A stretch of 64,000 bases of DNA from Octopus sinensis (GCF_006345805.1 NC_042997.1:73904001-73968000), one strand, 5' to 3'. Counted from the first letter of the stretch, positions 1 through 13,941 are shown. Numbers and translations are program-made. The notes: a model not told the origin generated them from the sequence alone.

Positions 1-400
1 TTGCTAACCAGCCACATGGTTCCGGGTTCAGTCCCACTGCGTGGCATCTTGGGCAAGTGTCTTCTGCCATAGCCCCGGGCCGACCAATGCCTTGTGAGTG
101 GATTTGGTAGACGGAAACTGAAAGAAGTCTGTCGTATATATGTATGTATATATATATATATATGTGTGTGTGTGTATGTGTGTGTGTTTCTGTGTTTTGT
201 CCCCCTAGCATTGCTTGACAACCGATGCTAGTGTGTTTACGTCCCCGTCACTTAGCGGTTCGGCAAAAGAGACCGATAGAATAAGTACTGGGCTTACAAA
301 GAATAAGTCCCGGGGTCGATTTGCTCGACTAAAGGCGGTGCTCCAGCATGGCCGCAGTCAAATGACTGAAACAAGTAAAAGAGTAAAGAGTAAAAAGAGT
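1..400 (+). mobile_element. tRNA-type SINE (octopus-like), head cut by the window edge
   Basis: B-box-like GGTTCAGTCCC, internal (TA)/(TG) tract, 3' GGTGCTCCAGCATGGCCGCAG...GAAACAAGTAAAAGAGT tail. Further copies occur in the window. Confidence 0.8.
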
Positions 401-771
401 GTAGCCGTTCATATAGTTGGCATTACTTGGCCATTCTCCCTAGTGCGCTTCCATATAGTATCAATACCACAGCCTCAAGATATAGCGGTGCAGCTACCTG
501 ACAAAGTCAAAGTCCTGTCTCAACACGTAGACGTAAGAACAAAGAAAAGAACTGGTGGGAGTTGACCGGTGCTGCCTTAACTTCCAGAAGCTATCTTGAA
601 TTTATCATGTATCCCGTTACGAAATTCCAGATGTCTGACTAACCAGATTCATTGCATGAAAATATACATAAGAAGTTTGCTTCCCAACCACATGGTTCTG
701 GGTTACACACACACACACACACATGCACGTGTGTGTGGGTGTGTGGGTGGGTGGGTGTGGGTGGGTGGGTG

Positions 772-815
<44 letters not shown>

Positions 816-879
816 TGCTTTTAACTATTTCCGAATGACCTGCAGAAATTATTTATTAAAAGTGATCTGTACCGCACAT

Positions 880-1070
880 TAGCTCACTCTCTTTATCAAA
901 TCGTTGCTGCCTGAACAGGTACACGATGTGCCTCGTGTCAGGTGTCGAAGTAATCCTGAGGCAACGTGAGGTGAAATGTTTTGTTCAAGAACACAACGTA
1001 CCACTCAGTCTAGGAATTGAAATGACGATCGCGATATCGTGAGTGCAACACCCTAACCACTAGGCTATTC
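880..1070 (-). mobile_element. tRNA-derived SINE, second family
   Basis: Minus strand starts TAGCCTAGTGGTTAGGGTGTTGCACTCACG...TTCAATTCC (A-box/B-box-like). Confidence 0.6.
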
Positions 1071-1111
1071 GTCCTCACATATATATATATACATACACAC
1101 ACACACACACA

Positions 1112-1197
<86 letters not shown>

Positions 1198-1208
1198 TTA
1201 CACACACT

Positions 1209-1240
<32 letters not shown>

Positions 1241-1244
<4 letters not shown>

Positions 1245-1627
1245 AGTTTCGGATGCCGAGGTGGAAATCCGCGCCGCCATCTCTTCAGTTATCCGACCAT
1301 CGGAAAGATACTATGAAAAATGACCGTTTGGGAAATTACTGTGTAATTGACCGTTATTAAGATAAAAGAGCTATTTGAATGACCGCTAAGTGAGAGGAGG
1401 AAGTAAAAGTAAAGGGGTAAAAAGTTCATAGTATTCGCGTGAGCGTGCATGTTCATACCTACACATGCGCGCTTGCACACCCACGTGCATGCGCCTAAAT
1501 GTATACATTCATTCACCCTCACTTGAAACGTACACATCCTCACTCGCACTATTCGCCAAACACACACATACATATATATATAGAGAGAGAGAGAGAAAGA
1601 GAGATAGATAGATAGATAGATAGATAG

Positions 1628-1676
<49 letters not shown>

Positions 1677-1692
1677 TATATATATATACATA

Positions 1693-1737
<45 letters not shown>

Positions 1738-1875
1738 CATACACACACACACACATATATATATATACATACACACACACACACAACACACACACACACA
1801 TATATATATATACATACACACACACACACATATATATATATACATACACACACACACACATATATATATATACAT

Positions 1876-1912
<37 letters not shown>

Positions 1913-2138
1913 CATACACACACACACACATATATATATATACACAAACCTCACACACATACACACGCGCACCATAAAAGTTCATACCCACGTCTATATA
2001 CGCACCAGCACAAGAAAAAACAGGGCTAAAGGCAAAAATATAGGAAAATGTGTAAAAAACAATGAGTAAAACACGTCTATATACGCACATACTCACATGC
2101 ACGCACATGTGGGTTTGTGTGTATCTATCTATCTATAT

Positions 2139-2180
<42 letters not shown>

Positions 2181-2512
2181 TGTGTGTTTGGCGAATGGTG
2201 CGAGTGAGGATGTGTACGTTTCAAGCGAGGGTGGATGAGTGTATACCTTTAAGCGCATGCACGTGGGTGTGCGGGCGCGCATGTATAGGCATGAATATGC
2301 GCGCTCACGCGAATACTATGAACTTTTTACCCCCTTACTTTTACTCCCTCCTCTCACTTAGCGGTCATTCAAATAGCTCTTTTGTCTTAATAACGGTCAA
2401 TCACACAGTAATTTCCCTTTGTATAACGGTCATTTTTCATAGCATTTTTCCGATGGCCGGATAACTGAAGAGTTGGTGGCGTGGATTTCCACCTCGGCAT
2501 CCGAAACTCGGA
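1241..2512. mobile_element. Foldback/MITE-like element with ~330-bp terminal inverted repeats
   Basis: 1241-~1570 is the imperfect reverse complement of ~2178-2512 (termini TCCGAGTTTCGGATGCCGAGG); interior is compound microsatellite. Confidence 0.8.
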
Positions 2513-2636
2513 GTTTTATCATGGCTACCGAATAATTGTCACATATTACATTTACAGATAAATTCCTCTCTTTACATAATATCGAGGTCTCTTTCATTCT
2601 TTTGTTGTCTTACCATTTTTATCAATATATATATAT

Positions 2637-3746
2637 ATAAGCAAGGAAAAATTGTAAAAATGCAGAATGCTAAATTGAAAGAAAATTTTAATGTAAATGG
2701 GTGTATGGAAAAAGTTTTTGAAAAATTGATAAAATATATAAATATATATTAATTCAAACCGGTTTTCGTCATAATGCGACTTTTCAAGAATTGTAAAGTA
2801 AAAATTTTTTTTTAAAGTGAGAAAAGAAAATTGCATTGTTTTTTGCAAAAAAATAATGATAAATATGTACAAAAATTAAAAAATAAGTACTCCGATACAT
2901 TGTGAAGTCTTTGTGTATCTTGAGTTTAATGATTGTTCACGAAAAAATTACCTTGAAGTATTAGGATCCAATGGGATTAAAGCCATGTGTTGTTTAGTTT
3001 AATTAAGGGTGTTAGCAAAACAGGAAGTAGTAGTAATTGTAGTTCTTCAGTTCCTGTGTTGTGAATAAGGGGAGACAACTCCATGGGTTTTGAGCTCTTC
3101 AATTTGTGTTTTTCAATTTTTTGTGATAAAGGGTGTTAATAAACCTTAAATTATAAAATTATCATTTTAGCTTCATTTGCATTATCTTTTTTATATAAGT
3201 TTGCTAACTTAACATTCAGATTTTAACACTTTATTTATATCATTTTCTAATTATATAAATTTGTATAATCTAATTTATAATTGAAGAGCTCAAAACCCAT
3301 AGAGTTGTCTCCCCTTATTCACAACACAGGAACTGAAGAACTACAATTACTACTACTTCCTGTTTTGCCAACACCCTTAATTAAACTAAACAACACATGG
3401 CTTTAATCCCATTGGATCCTAATACTTCAAGGTAATTTTTTCGTGAACAATCATTAAACTCAAGATACACAAAGACTTCACAATGTATCGGAGTACTTAT
3501 TTTTTAATTTTTGTACATATTTATCATTATTTTTTTGCAAAAAACAATGCAATTTTCTTTTCCCACTTTAAAAAAAAATTTTTACTTTACAATTCTTGAA
3601 AAGTCACATTATGACGAAAACCGGTTTGAATTAATATATATTTATATATTTTATCAATTTTTCAAAAACTTTTTCCATACACCCATTTACATTAAAATTT
3701 TCTTTCAATTTAGCATTGTGCATTTTTACAATTTTTCCTTGCTTAT
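2637..3746. repeat. Long foldback palindrome (~468-bp arms, ~174-bp spacer)
   Basis: 2637-3104 is a near-identical reverse complement of 3279-3746; the ORF track shows the same peptide on both strands. Confidence 0.9.
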
Positions 3747-3786
3747 CATTTCTCCACGTGCGGTCAACACAACCCTACCATTTATT

Positions 3787-3856
<70 letters not shown>

Positions 3857-3863
3857 TATATAT

Positions 3864-3899
<36 letters not shown>

Positions 3900-4010
3900 G
3901 GGGCATGAAACTAGGTATTAGTATTTTTCGGTCAATAACTGATAAAGTATTAGGGTTCTGGTGTTTGACCAACGTGTACGTTTTGGGCATTTTTATTTTT
4001 ATTATATGTG

Positions 4011-4054
<44 letters not shown>

Positions 4055-4129
4055 TGCGTATGAAGCTAAGTAAAAAATTATCGCGTGAAAATTATCTGTG
4101 AAAGGTTGAGTCTGCAAAACTTTTTCGCA

Positions 4130-4380
4130 GGCGATTCTTGGTGTTTCGACACTTTCCTCTGCTTTTGAAATTCTGTCTCAAATTGATGGATCTCATTTCC
4201 TGTGACTGTCTCCGAAAAAGCTTCACCTTCATTGTTGTAGCGGCCGAGCAAGAGTTAACAGATTTTCCTGTGATTGCATTTATGCGCTTTGATAATCTCT
4301 CTTGGTACCCATCACGCACAGACCATACGGAAACAAAGCTTGTCGTGGATGATTCCATATGCAGAACCATGACTAATCTG
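4130..4380 (-). pseudogene. mariner transposase remnant
   Basis: Alternative frames read ISHGSAYGIIHDKLCFRMVCA / WVPRE...LLLGRYNNEGEAF..TVTGNE (WVPxxL and VTGDE-like motifs) with stops and frameshifts. Confidence 0.75.
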
Positions 4381-6043
4381 AATAAAACACGCAAACTAAA
4401 TTATGATATTTTGAAAGCATTTAATACGTACATTTCAGATCTTGCGTAATATATAATAGGAAATACATCTCCTTACGAAAAACCTTCTTCAGTTGACTCA
4501 TTTCAAAATATTGAGAAATTGATGGTAATATATAGGTGTGCTTGTGGTCAAGCTAGTAAAGTCGACTACTAACTTTGGAAGAAGAATATAAATAGAGAAT
4601 ATATATAAAGAAAGGGGGATAGAGAGAGAATGAGAAAGAGAAGAGAGAGAGAGCAAAGGTGAGAGAAGAAAGGATATACAGAGGGGAGATCGGAGCAGTT
4701 TTAATGAGGATATTTTTCAATTCTTCGATTGTGGAAGTGACAGCTACTATTATCTTTTACTAAGAATGTTTTTTAATTCTTCGATGACGGAACTGGTAAC
4801 CTGGTAACTACTAATATTCTTCATTAAGGATATTCCTTCATTTTTCCTCGCTGGAGACGGCATAGTTGACCACTATGGAAAATTTTGCTCAATGACTTAT
4901 GCAACATATGCACAGCTAATCTAAAAACATCTGTAGAGACTTTGCGCGTTATTTCTTAATCCCTTGTTTACTCTAAATATTCTGCAATTATGTTTAAATT
5001 ATAAATTACACATTCTAAAGTGATACCATGAGTTTTGCTTGCTCGTTCCTTCTTTCTAACAAACACGCGCTCGCACCCGCAAATATATCTGCTCAATGAT
5101 AAACTACTTCTAACCATTCCTTACTAAGCAGCTACAACATCACGATTGTTGTAGTTTCTGTTCAAGCCGGAGATTTAGTAGTAAATCAACTCGAGTGCTT
5201 ATAGTACATACTTCTTACCTTACGCCATTCGACGGGATTTTTTATATGAGGGTACACAAAAGACGGGTTTCTGTCAGTTTCCATCTACCAGACCCACTCA
5301 AAAGGATTTGATCAGCGCGAGGCTATAGCAGAAGACACTTGCCCAAGGTGCCACGCAGTGAAACTAAACCCAAAACCATATGATTAGGAAACAAACTTCT
5401 TATATACATGTATATATACATATGCATTTATATACATATATATACATATATATATTCATATATATATCCCCCATCGTTTTCTCTAATTCCCTTATTCTCC
5501 CCTTCACTGTTTGCCATGACTCTCTCTCTCTCTCTCTCTCTCTCTTCTATCTTTTCCCTTTTGAAAGAAGATATTTCTTCAGCGTTCACTATTTTACCCT
5601 CGTTCTATCCTAACGACCCCCCATATTTGTTTTCGCTCGGTTTCCTTGCATGTCTCCACTCTCCTGTTTTGTTCCCAGCTTTGGCCCTCCATAAATCCAA
5701 AATTTTATTTTGTGATTTATGTGAGCAACTGTCTTCGAAGATTCATGTTGTCGTTCAATGCTCGAAATGAGGAGTAGATAGACAGCTGACAACTAATGAA
5801 GGGTCGTTCTTTGTGTTACTTGTCCTGTTTTTCATTTATTTCTATCGTTGTTTGCGTACTGAAGTCATTTATTTTCGTATTTCATGTTGTTTACTGCTCT
5901 CTCTGATTATTTCAGTGATCCTTTCTGTTAAAGAGCATAGGCACGAAACGTAAAATACATTCTCCACAAACATTAAACTAATACATCTCTTTGTTGTTTA
6001 CATACCCGTCTTCGTCTTTTGTTTTGTTTGTTCTTTGTAAATT

Positions 6044-6128
<85 letters not shown>

Positions 6129-6304
6129 CTTAATATATATATATATATATATATACATATTTATATATGCACATATATATATACACATATATGTGCATAT
6201 ATATATACATATATATATATATATACACATATATATACACGTATGTGTACATATATATATGCATATATATACATATATATATATCTATATATACAGATAT
6301 ATAG

Positions 6305-6357
<53 letters not shown>

Positions 6358-6583
6358 TATATACATATATATATACAGATATATATACATATATATCTAT
6401 ATACATATATATATGAGTATATATGGTGCCCCAGCATGGCCACAGCTCATAAGCTGAAACTAGAATCAATCAATCAATCAATCATACATATACATATACA
6501 TATACATATACATGTACATGTACATATACATATACATATACATATGTATATATATATATATATATAATATATATATATATATA

Positions 6584-9500
6584 TAAATCCTTAAATCCTT
6601 AAAAATGTTTCAGCCCGAAGGCTGCGGCCATGCTGGAGCACCACCGTTGAATGAGCTACACTAGTATGTGAATCCACCTCTGATACCTGGCACTTGGTCA
6701 ACAAGGGAGTTCGATGCCGCTGCCCGTAACTGTGTCTCCTGCTGAGAGGTAGGTTCATCTGGGGCACCCGACAAGAAGAGATCCATTTAATTTTAAAGAA
6801 ACCCACATCCACACCATACAAGTCTCTCAGGCATTTAGGGAGTATGTTGAAGAGCTGCGGTCCTCTTGAACCCAAGCTGTTGCAGTATCTGGTCCTGTAT
6901 TTTGATGGTGATGATGGAATCTTTGGCACCATGCAGTGGCGCCGCGTTCTGCGGTCGGGGTAACTTTGAATGCCAAAGTTTGGGACAAGACCTTCCAGGA
7001 TTTTCCAGATGTATATAACTGCATATTTCTCCCGCCTTCACTCTAGGGAGAAGAGTTTTAATACTTTCAGTCTTTTCCAGTTGCTGATATGTTGCATTGA
7101 GACGATCTTCTTAGAGTAGCTTCTTTGAATTGCTTCGAGTTCTGCTGTTAGCTTTATATTGTGTGGTGACCACAGTTGGGAGCAGTAGTCCAAGCAGCTG
7201 AGGACGAAAGTTTTCCAAAGGACCATCAGTGTCTCCTTCTCTCCTGTTCTGAAAGTTCGGAGAATCCATCCAGTTAGCCGTCTGCATTTTATCACCAAAT
7301 TAGTAATATGCACTTGGAAAGATGCATCATTGCTCATGTCAATGCCCAGGTCACGCACTGATTTTGACTCAGGAATTACAATTCTTCCCGGGCCGGTGTA
7401 TCCAGTCTGCATGTCGTTTACCTGTGTGTGCCGGTAGCGCAGGGCCTGGAACTTCCCTGCATTAAACTGCATGTTGTTGTCCTCAGCCCACCTGTATATT
7501 GTATCCAATTCCTGTTGCAGATATGCAATATTTCCAGGGTTTTGTATTTTGTGGGAGACTTTTGTGTCATCTGCATAGCTAGCAAGGGTGGCCATCTTAG
7601 CACCTGAGGGCATGTCTGAAAGGGCCACTATGTACAGCAGTGACCCCAAGACAGTGCCCTGTGGAACAACGCTTGATATTTGTGTTTCCTTGGAGGTGGC
7701 TCCATTGGTCACAACTGCCTGCCTTCTGTCTTTTAGGAAGTTGTGCAGCCACTCTCCAAGTTTTCCGCCTATGCCGTGACCATGCAGTTTGTGACAGATC
7801 ATACCATGGTCGACTTTATCAAAGGCTTTTGCAAAGTCGAGATATATCACATCTACATTTAAGCCATTTAGTAGCTGTTTTAACACCGATTCATTGTGTT
7901 ACAGGAGCTGTGTTAGACGGCTTCTACCTGGTCGAAATCTATGCTGGGTGTCATCATTTTCTTCAAGGAACACGATTAGTTTCTTGCGGATTATTCGTTC
8001 CATGACTTTGCTGATGTGTGAGGTCAGAGAGATAGGCCTGTAATTTTTAGCATCTGCTCTGCTACCTCCCTTATGGATAGGGCATATTACCCCCTCTTTC
8101 AATTTGACTGGGAGCTTACCACTTGCAAGAGAGCTCTGAAAAAGAAGCTGTAGCGGTTTTGCAAGGGCTCGTTTGCACGATTTGAGAAGGATCGCTGAAA
8201 TCCATCACATCCAGCAGCTGAGTTTGTGTCAATCTCATCTATGGCGAGTGTGATATCATCATCTTCAATGTTGATGTACTCAATATTTGCCTCTTTGGCC
8301 ACAGGTAAAGTGGCAAAGAATTCTTCTGGGTTGTTTACTTGCCTGTGTCCTGGAGGTGTAGTGAACATACTTATCCTCGTGGGATTTCCTGTGGAGAAGC
8401 CATCTTTTTGGAAGAGAGGTCCTATTCTCTGGCGCACTGTGACTGTCTTTTTGGCAAACTTAAAGAAAGACTTAGGGTTTGACTTGATATTTTCTATTAC
8501 CCAAGCTTCTTTATCTGCTCTCTCCTTTTCATGAGACTGATGCAGACTTTTCTCAATTTCCATTAGCATTCTCTCGAGCCGAGACTTTTCACCACTTTTG
8601 GTGTGCTTGCTCAGGCGGTTCGCAATCCTTGTCCGTCGTCTCATAAGAATCTTCCTTTCTCTGGGGATCCTGTTTTTGTTTTTGTGTGTGCTGGCCCTGC
8701 ACACTGGGACATATTTGTCACATATAGCTTGTATTATGGACATGAAACGTTTGTGTTTCATGTCAATGTCTGGTGTGGAGATACATTTAGGCCAATCCTG
8801 TCTGAGGATCTCTTTCTCAATCAACTTCCAATTTACTTTATGAAAGTTTAATTTGGAGAGATTGTGGATGCTTCGTAGAGGCTGTGTGTCTGCGGGGGCT
8901 TTTGGTCCATACATAGACAGCTCTATTATGTTGTGATCTGAGATCATTGTCGGCATTACTTTAACATTAGGGATAATATCCATATTGTTTGTGAAGCAGA
9001 GATCCAGTATATTATTTGCCCTGGTTTGTTGCAGCACTATTTGCTCCATGAAAGAGGCATTTGTGAGATGGAGCTGCCTGTGCATGCTGATGGTGTGCCA
9101 TCCCTGGGAGCATCTGCCCCCAGGCCATTCCACATTGGAGAAGTTAAAGTCACTCACGAAGTTAAAGTCACCCACTGTTGTGTTGTTCCTGGTTGGTGAG
9201 AACTTCTATTTTTGTTAGGCAGTCTTCAAACATGCCTGTGTGATTTGGGGCATCCGGTGGGCGATATGTAGTACATATTGACTATATTCAGTTGTCTTAT
9301 GTGTACAATTTGAGTGTCACACACTGAGTTTGAATATGACAACAGGACCTGGGGAGTGAGGTCATCTCGGATGTACACTGTAACTCCACCATGACTCCCC
9401 CATTTTCTATCTGAGCGTATGACAACATATTGCGGTATGCTTATTTCTGCATCCCCTATATCAGGTCCAAGGTGCGTTTCTATGAGTGACATGCATATAG

Positions 9501-10435
9501 TTTGATTGCATGCCGCAAGATCTCTCAGGAATGAGATTTTCCTTTTACAGTTGCCGCGCAGCAGCCCTCCTACGTTCAGTTGAAATATTTTTGTCGGGTG
9601 TGTGTTGGTGTCTGTGGCCATCCTGCATCTGTTGGTGGTGGCCTTATGTGGTGGTAGTTCCAGCTTTGTGCTTGTAGCCAGGTCAGCTGCTGGACAATTT
9701 TTTGTGCCATGCACAAAAAAGATTACTGTTCAGCTGCTGCCCTTCTCACATCTGGATGAAGCTGGCCAATTGTTGGGCTATGCAGTATCATTTTTGGACC
9801 GCGCACTACATCCGCATATCGTCTCTCAGGAGTAGTCAGTGCGTCATTTTTCCTTCTTTGATATTTTTCTTTTTCTTTTTGGTTCTCCCCGTGGGAGGGA
9901 TTTTTGTTTTGTGTCCATGCGGTTTTGGCAGGGCTTCTGATGTGCAAAACGACAGTTTGCACTATCGTCGCCATGTCAGCAGTCTCCTTTCAGGTAGAAT
10001 TTGCAGATGCTCCTGCTTTTGCCCTTGTAGATCTTGCTGGGGTTCTTCTGTTTATTTTGAACAGTGTTTGTTTTAGTTTTCTTTTTCTTTTACCTCTTGT
10101 TTTCCGTCGATTTTAGGGTGCTTTCCTTTTTTTGCGGCCATCACACCTCTTTGGTCTTCAGTTGTGTTGGAAGCTGGACATATGCCATTGCTTCCCTTGG
10201 TTGCAGGTCTCTCAGTTGTGTCTTTTGTTGGGTCCTGGATGCCTCCTCCATCCTTTTGGTCATCCCTGGTGCAGTCACCTCCCAATATGATGTCCAGTGT
10301 GTCCATGTGTTGCCTGATTAGAGCATATGAACGGAGGAATTCGCGTTTCTTTCGCTCTATCTGGGCGGTGGTCCTGGAGAAATCATTGCTCTTAAGCGCC
10401 GCTGCAATGATATTGTTTGTGGTGTCACCTTCGGC
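6584..10435 (-). mobile_element. CR1-type LINE, decayed (ORF1 remnant, APE endonuclease, RT)
   Basis: APE motifs (QLNV.GL, ETHL, RSDR...GGV, GDFN), RT motifs (YRPISLTS, YLDFAKAFDKVDH, VPQGTVLG, YADD), several frameshifts, 3' (TAAGGATT)n tail. Confidence 0.9.
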
Positions 10436-11040
10436 AATCACTATGATCCAGAGACCAAATCCCAGTCAATGTAGTGGAAGCACCGTGACTCACCTCCTTC
10501 AAAGAAGGCAAGGGTGCAGCCCTCCGCTGGCAAGGTCATGCTCACAGTCTTCTGGGACCAGGACTGAGTAGTGATGACAGATTTCCTGGCAAAGGGTACC
10601 ACAATTACAGGAGCATATCATGCTTCACTTTTGAAGAAATTAAGAGGAGCAATCAAAATCAAGAGGCGGGGCAAGATCAGCAAAGGCATCCTCCTCCTGC
10701 AGGACAACGCTCCGGTCACAACTCGCGTGTCACCAGCCCACCCCCCTACTCTCCTGACCTTGCACCCTCTGATTTTCACCTCTTCCCAACCATAAAGTTG
10801 TTTTTGAAAGGAAAGCGTTTCCCAGATGATGCAGCCTTGATTTCTGAAGTCACGTCGTGGTTGGAGGACCAAGCTGGGGTCTTCTACAAAAACGGTCTCC
10901 AGAGCTGCATCAAACGATGGGAGAAACGCGTAGCTCTGGGTGGTTCCTATGTAGAAAAAGACTAATAACTGTGCCAAGTTTCGCTGCTCTACTGCTATGG
11001 GAAGTGGGTCAGGGGCATTACTTATTGAACGCTCCTCGTA
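10436..11040 (+). mobile_element. mariner transposon, 3' half
   Basis: YDPETK, KVMLTVFWD, LLLQDNAP motifs; ends ...TTATTGAACGCTCCTCG followed by TA. Confidence 0.85.
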
Positions 11041-11362
11041 TATATATATCACCGTGGTCGACCAGGCTATCAGATGTTGCTACACATCGCTGGTCACAAT
11101 GCACTTCGCATTGTTTTAGCCTTCAAACGACGTCACCCCGCTAGCTAAGCGAGCAGGCCAATATATATATATATATATATATGCGAGTGAATGAATAATG
11201 TGCTATATATGGGGATATAGCGTATTTATCTCATTTAAAATGTATAAAAGTGTGCATAAGTATATATGTATGTATATGTGTGTGTCTGTGCATGTGCATG
11301 TGTATGTATATATGCATATTGTTTGAGATATATATATATATATATATTTATGCATTGGTGTA

Positions 11363-11393
<31 letters not shown>

Positions 11394-11479
11394 GCATTGA
11401 TGTATTTAAGTATAAGTGTGTATATGTGTGCATTAAAGGATATATATATACATACATATATTTTTTTATTTTATCTAGT

Positions 11480-11665
11480 TTCAGCTCACGAGCTGTGGCC
11501 ATGCTGGGGCACCGCCATTTGGTGTTGCTACATGATTTTACTTCACGAATGCTTTTTAGCAATTGCCATTTGGTGCATGAGAGAGTTCGATGCAGCTGCC
11601 CTCATCTGCACCTCTTGTCGTGAAGTTGGTTCATCTGGGACACCTGTCAGGAAGAGATCTAGTTT
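11480..11665 (-). mobile_element. CR1-type LINE 3' end fragment
   Basis: LDLFLTGVPDEP C-terminus and GGTGCCCCAGCATGGCC tail shared with the 6584 element. Confidence 0.7.
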
Positions 11666-11698
11666 TATTTTAAAATATATATATATTAATTTTATTTT

Positions 11699-11772
<74 letters not shown>

Positions 11773-11810
11773 GAATGTAGTTGAACGAAGATGTTAACAA
11801 AATTCCTTTA

Positions 11811-11892
11811 CTCTCGACATATGTTTCGAAGACAACATGGTTTCATTCCAAAGGAATAAACTGTGCAAGATGCAATCTTCTCATCAGGAAAG
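11811..11892 (-). ncRNA. Minimal type I hammerhead ribozyme (3' pLTR)
   Basis: CUUUC-CUGAUGA-GAAGA...UCUUC-GAAA-CAUAUGUC-GAGAG: intact core, 5-bp stem I, palindromic stem III ACAUAUGU, GUC triplet. Confidence 0.8.
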
Positions 11893-13941
11893 AAAGGTAT
11901 GCTCTCAGCAACAAGACAAACAAAAATTGCGATGACTGCCTACATGGTAAACAAAACGATAATAAGTGTTTTAAAAAAACCGTTAGTAGAATTGACGTCA
12001 AAGTTAGATAGTAGGAAGAGAAGGGTTAAAGGAATAATAGGTAGGGAACAAGTGGAGAGGGAAGGGTACGTTGATTAAAAGAATGTTCAAAGGCTGAGGA
12101 AAGAATTTCGCTATTGAAGTGGAGTGCACGTTAAGCTAATTGTTCAAACCACAGTGACTATCGTAATCATTTGTATGAGTAAAAAGTATGTTTCTGCCAG
12201 TGTTTACATTTGTACGATTTCTCTATGAGTGTGTTTTCAAGGGGAACCTTAGAGAAGAGAAGGGTTGCAAATGTTACAAAATCTTCTACCCTTATCAAAG
12301 GGAAAGGATACAGACAGTATGAACCAATCTAACTTAAAATCTATATTATTGTCTTTAAGACGCCAAACTAATTAGCCCTGTACTATGTCGTTTTTTACTA
12401 TTTCTGAATGTTGAATAATGATTTGACATTCTCTTGGATAACTGGGAAGTGGACGCTCCTATATAGAAGAAGACATCGGTACCGGAAGAAATTCTACACT
12501 GGTAAATAGAATACTTAATCTTAGAATTACTAGACAAAAATTTAATTCTGTTGGGGTTGCCCTCCGAGATCGAAACGAAACTTTTATTGCTATGATTGTT
12601 GTTACTATTATTATTAGCACCAACAACAACGCTATTCCTATTATTGTTAGTATTATTAATGGTAATACAACCAATAATACCATCAACAATAATACCGTTA
12701 TTGTTATTACCATTAACATTACCATTGTTATTAACACGACTATTATTATTATTATTATTATCATTGTTAACACTATCACTACTACCATTGCTATTACTAT
12801 TAATACTATTCCAATTATTATGATTGTATGATGGGTTGGAATTAGCCAGATTAATGCTGGAATTCCCGGGTGATATTTAGCAGCTTGGTATTGTGAGAAG
12901 ATATAATTTGTGAAAGATTTCTAGTGTTAGAGAAAGCGATTCTAACTATGTGGGAATTGATAATAGAATAATACCTAGAATTTTGGGGAAAGTTCCTAGC
13001 AACGGCTTCACGGAACTGAAAGGGAAGGTTCGATTTAATTTGTTTTCCGAAAGGTATTACGAACCAGATACAGTTTCTAGTGGCCTTTGAATTGTACGTA
13101 GTGTTATTTGTAAAAGTAAGGGGAAAATTTCTGGGTTGGAAATTTGGGGTTGAATGGCGCTTACCTCCCCTGGTCCATAAAGAATTTATATTATGTATAG
13201 GGCTGCTTGCACTATTAGAATTAAAATTACTATTCCTATTACAAGTAACTATTTTATCTGGAGAAGCAGATGCTGGTTTAGAATGAGCTGAATTGATGTA
13301 TGACACTTTCTCTTTATAGCCGGTTTTTAACAAGGCGGCGTTATAGAAGTCTGCCTTTTGGTTAAAAATGTCAACATTGGCAGATAATTTAGACAGTCTC
13401 AGAGATATGTTTTTTACTAAGTTATCGGTAACTGGCCTGGCATGATTACTGTAAAGGCTAATATACTTAAGATTTGTGGAAGGTTTATGATAAGGGAAGT
13501 ATGAGTTATTCTGTAAATTGAGGGTAATGTCTAAGAAGTTGGCTTTAGTTAACGCATCGTTTTTAAGCCCATTCTACTAAAAAACCTAACTAATCTGTTC
13601 TTAACCTTCTGTAGTTTTTGATTTGAAATGTTTTGGAGGTAAAGCAGACAATCGTCGCGATAAAGACCTCCACAGATGTCCGGGAATTGGTGGGCCATTT
13701 CATAAAGAATATATATTCCGACCAAGTCAGCTATCTGGGCGCTGTCTGTACTTCCCATTAGTACATCAAACGCATTAGGGGTATCTCTGCGGACCCATAA
13801 CTTGCTATCGAACTGGATGAATGATTTCCTAGCAGTCAGTATCTACTAACGGTCTTTTTAAAACACTTATTATCGTTTTGTTTACCATGTAGGCAGTCAT
13901 CGTAATTTTTGTTTGTCTTGTTGTTGAGAGAGGCCCCCTTT

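Noticed and set aside
596-2464. Many ORFs rich in YI/CV/HT/LS dipeptides here and throughout the window
   Set aside because: They are translations of (TA)n, (CA)n and (GA)n microsatellites, not genes.
4092-4394. 100-aa ORF preceded by an acceptor-like sequence
   Set aside because: An overlapping frame carries mariner motifs; the ORF is a by-product of a transposase remnant.
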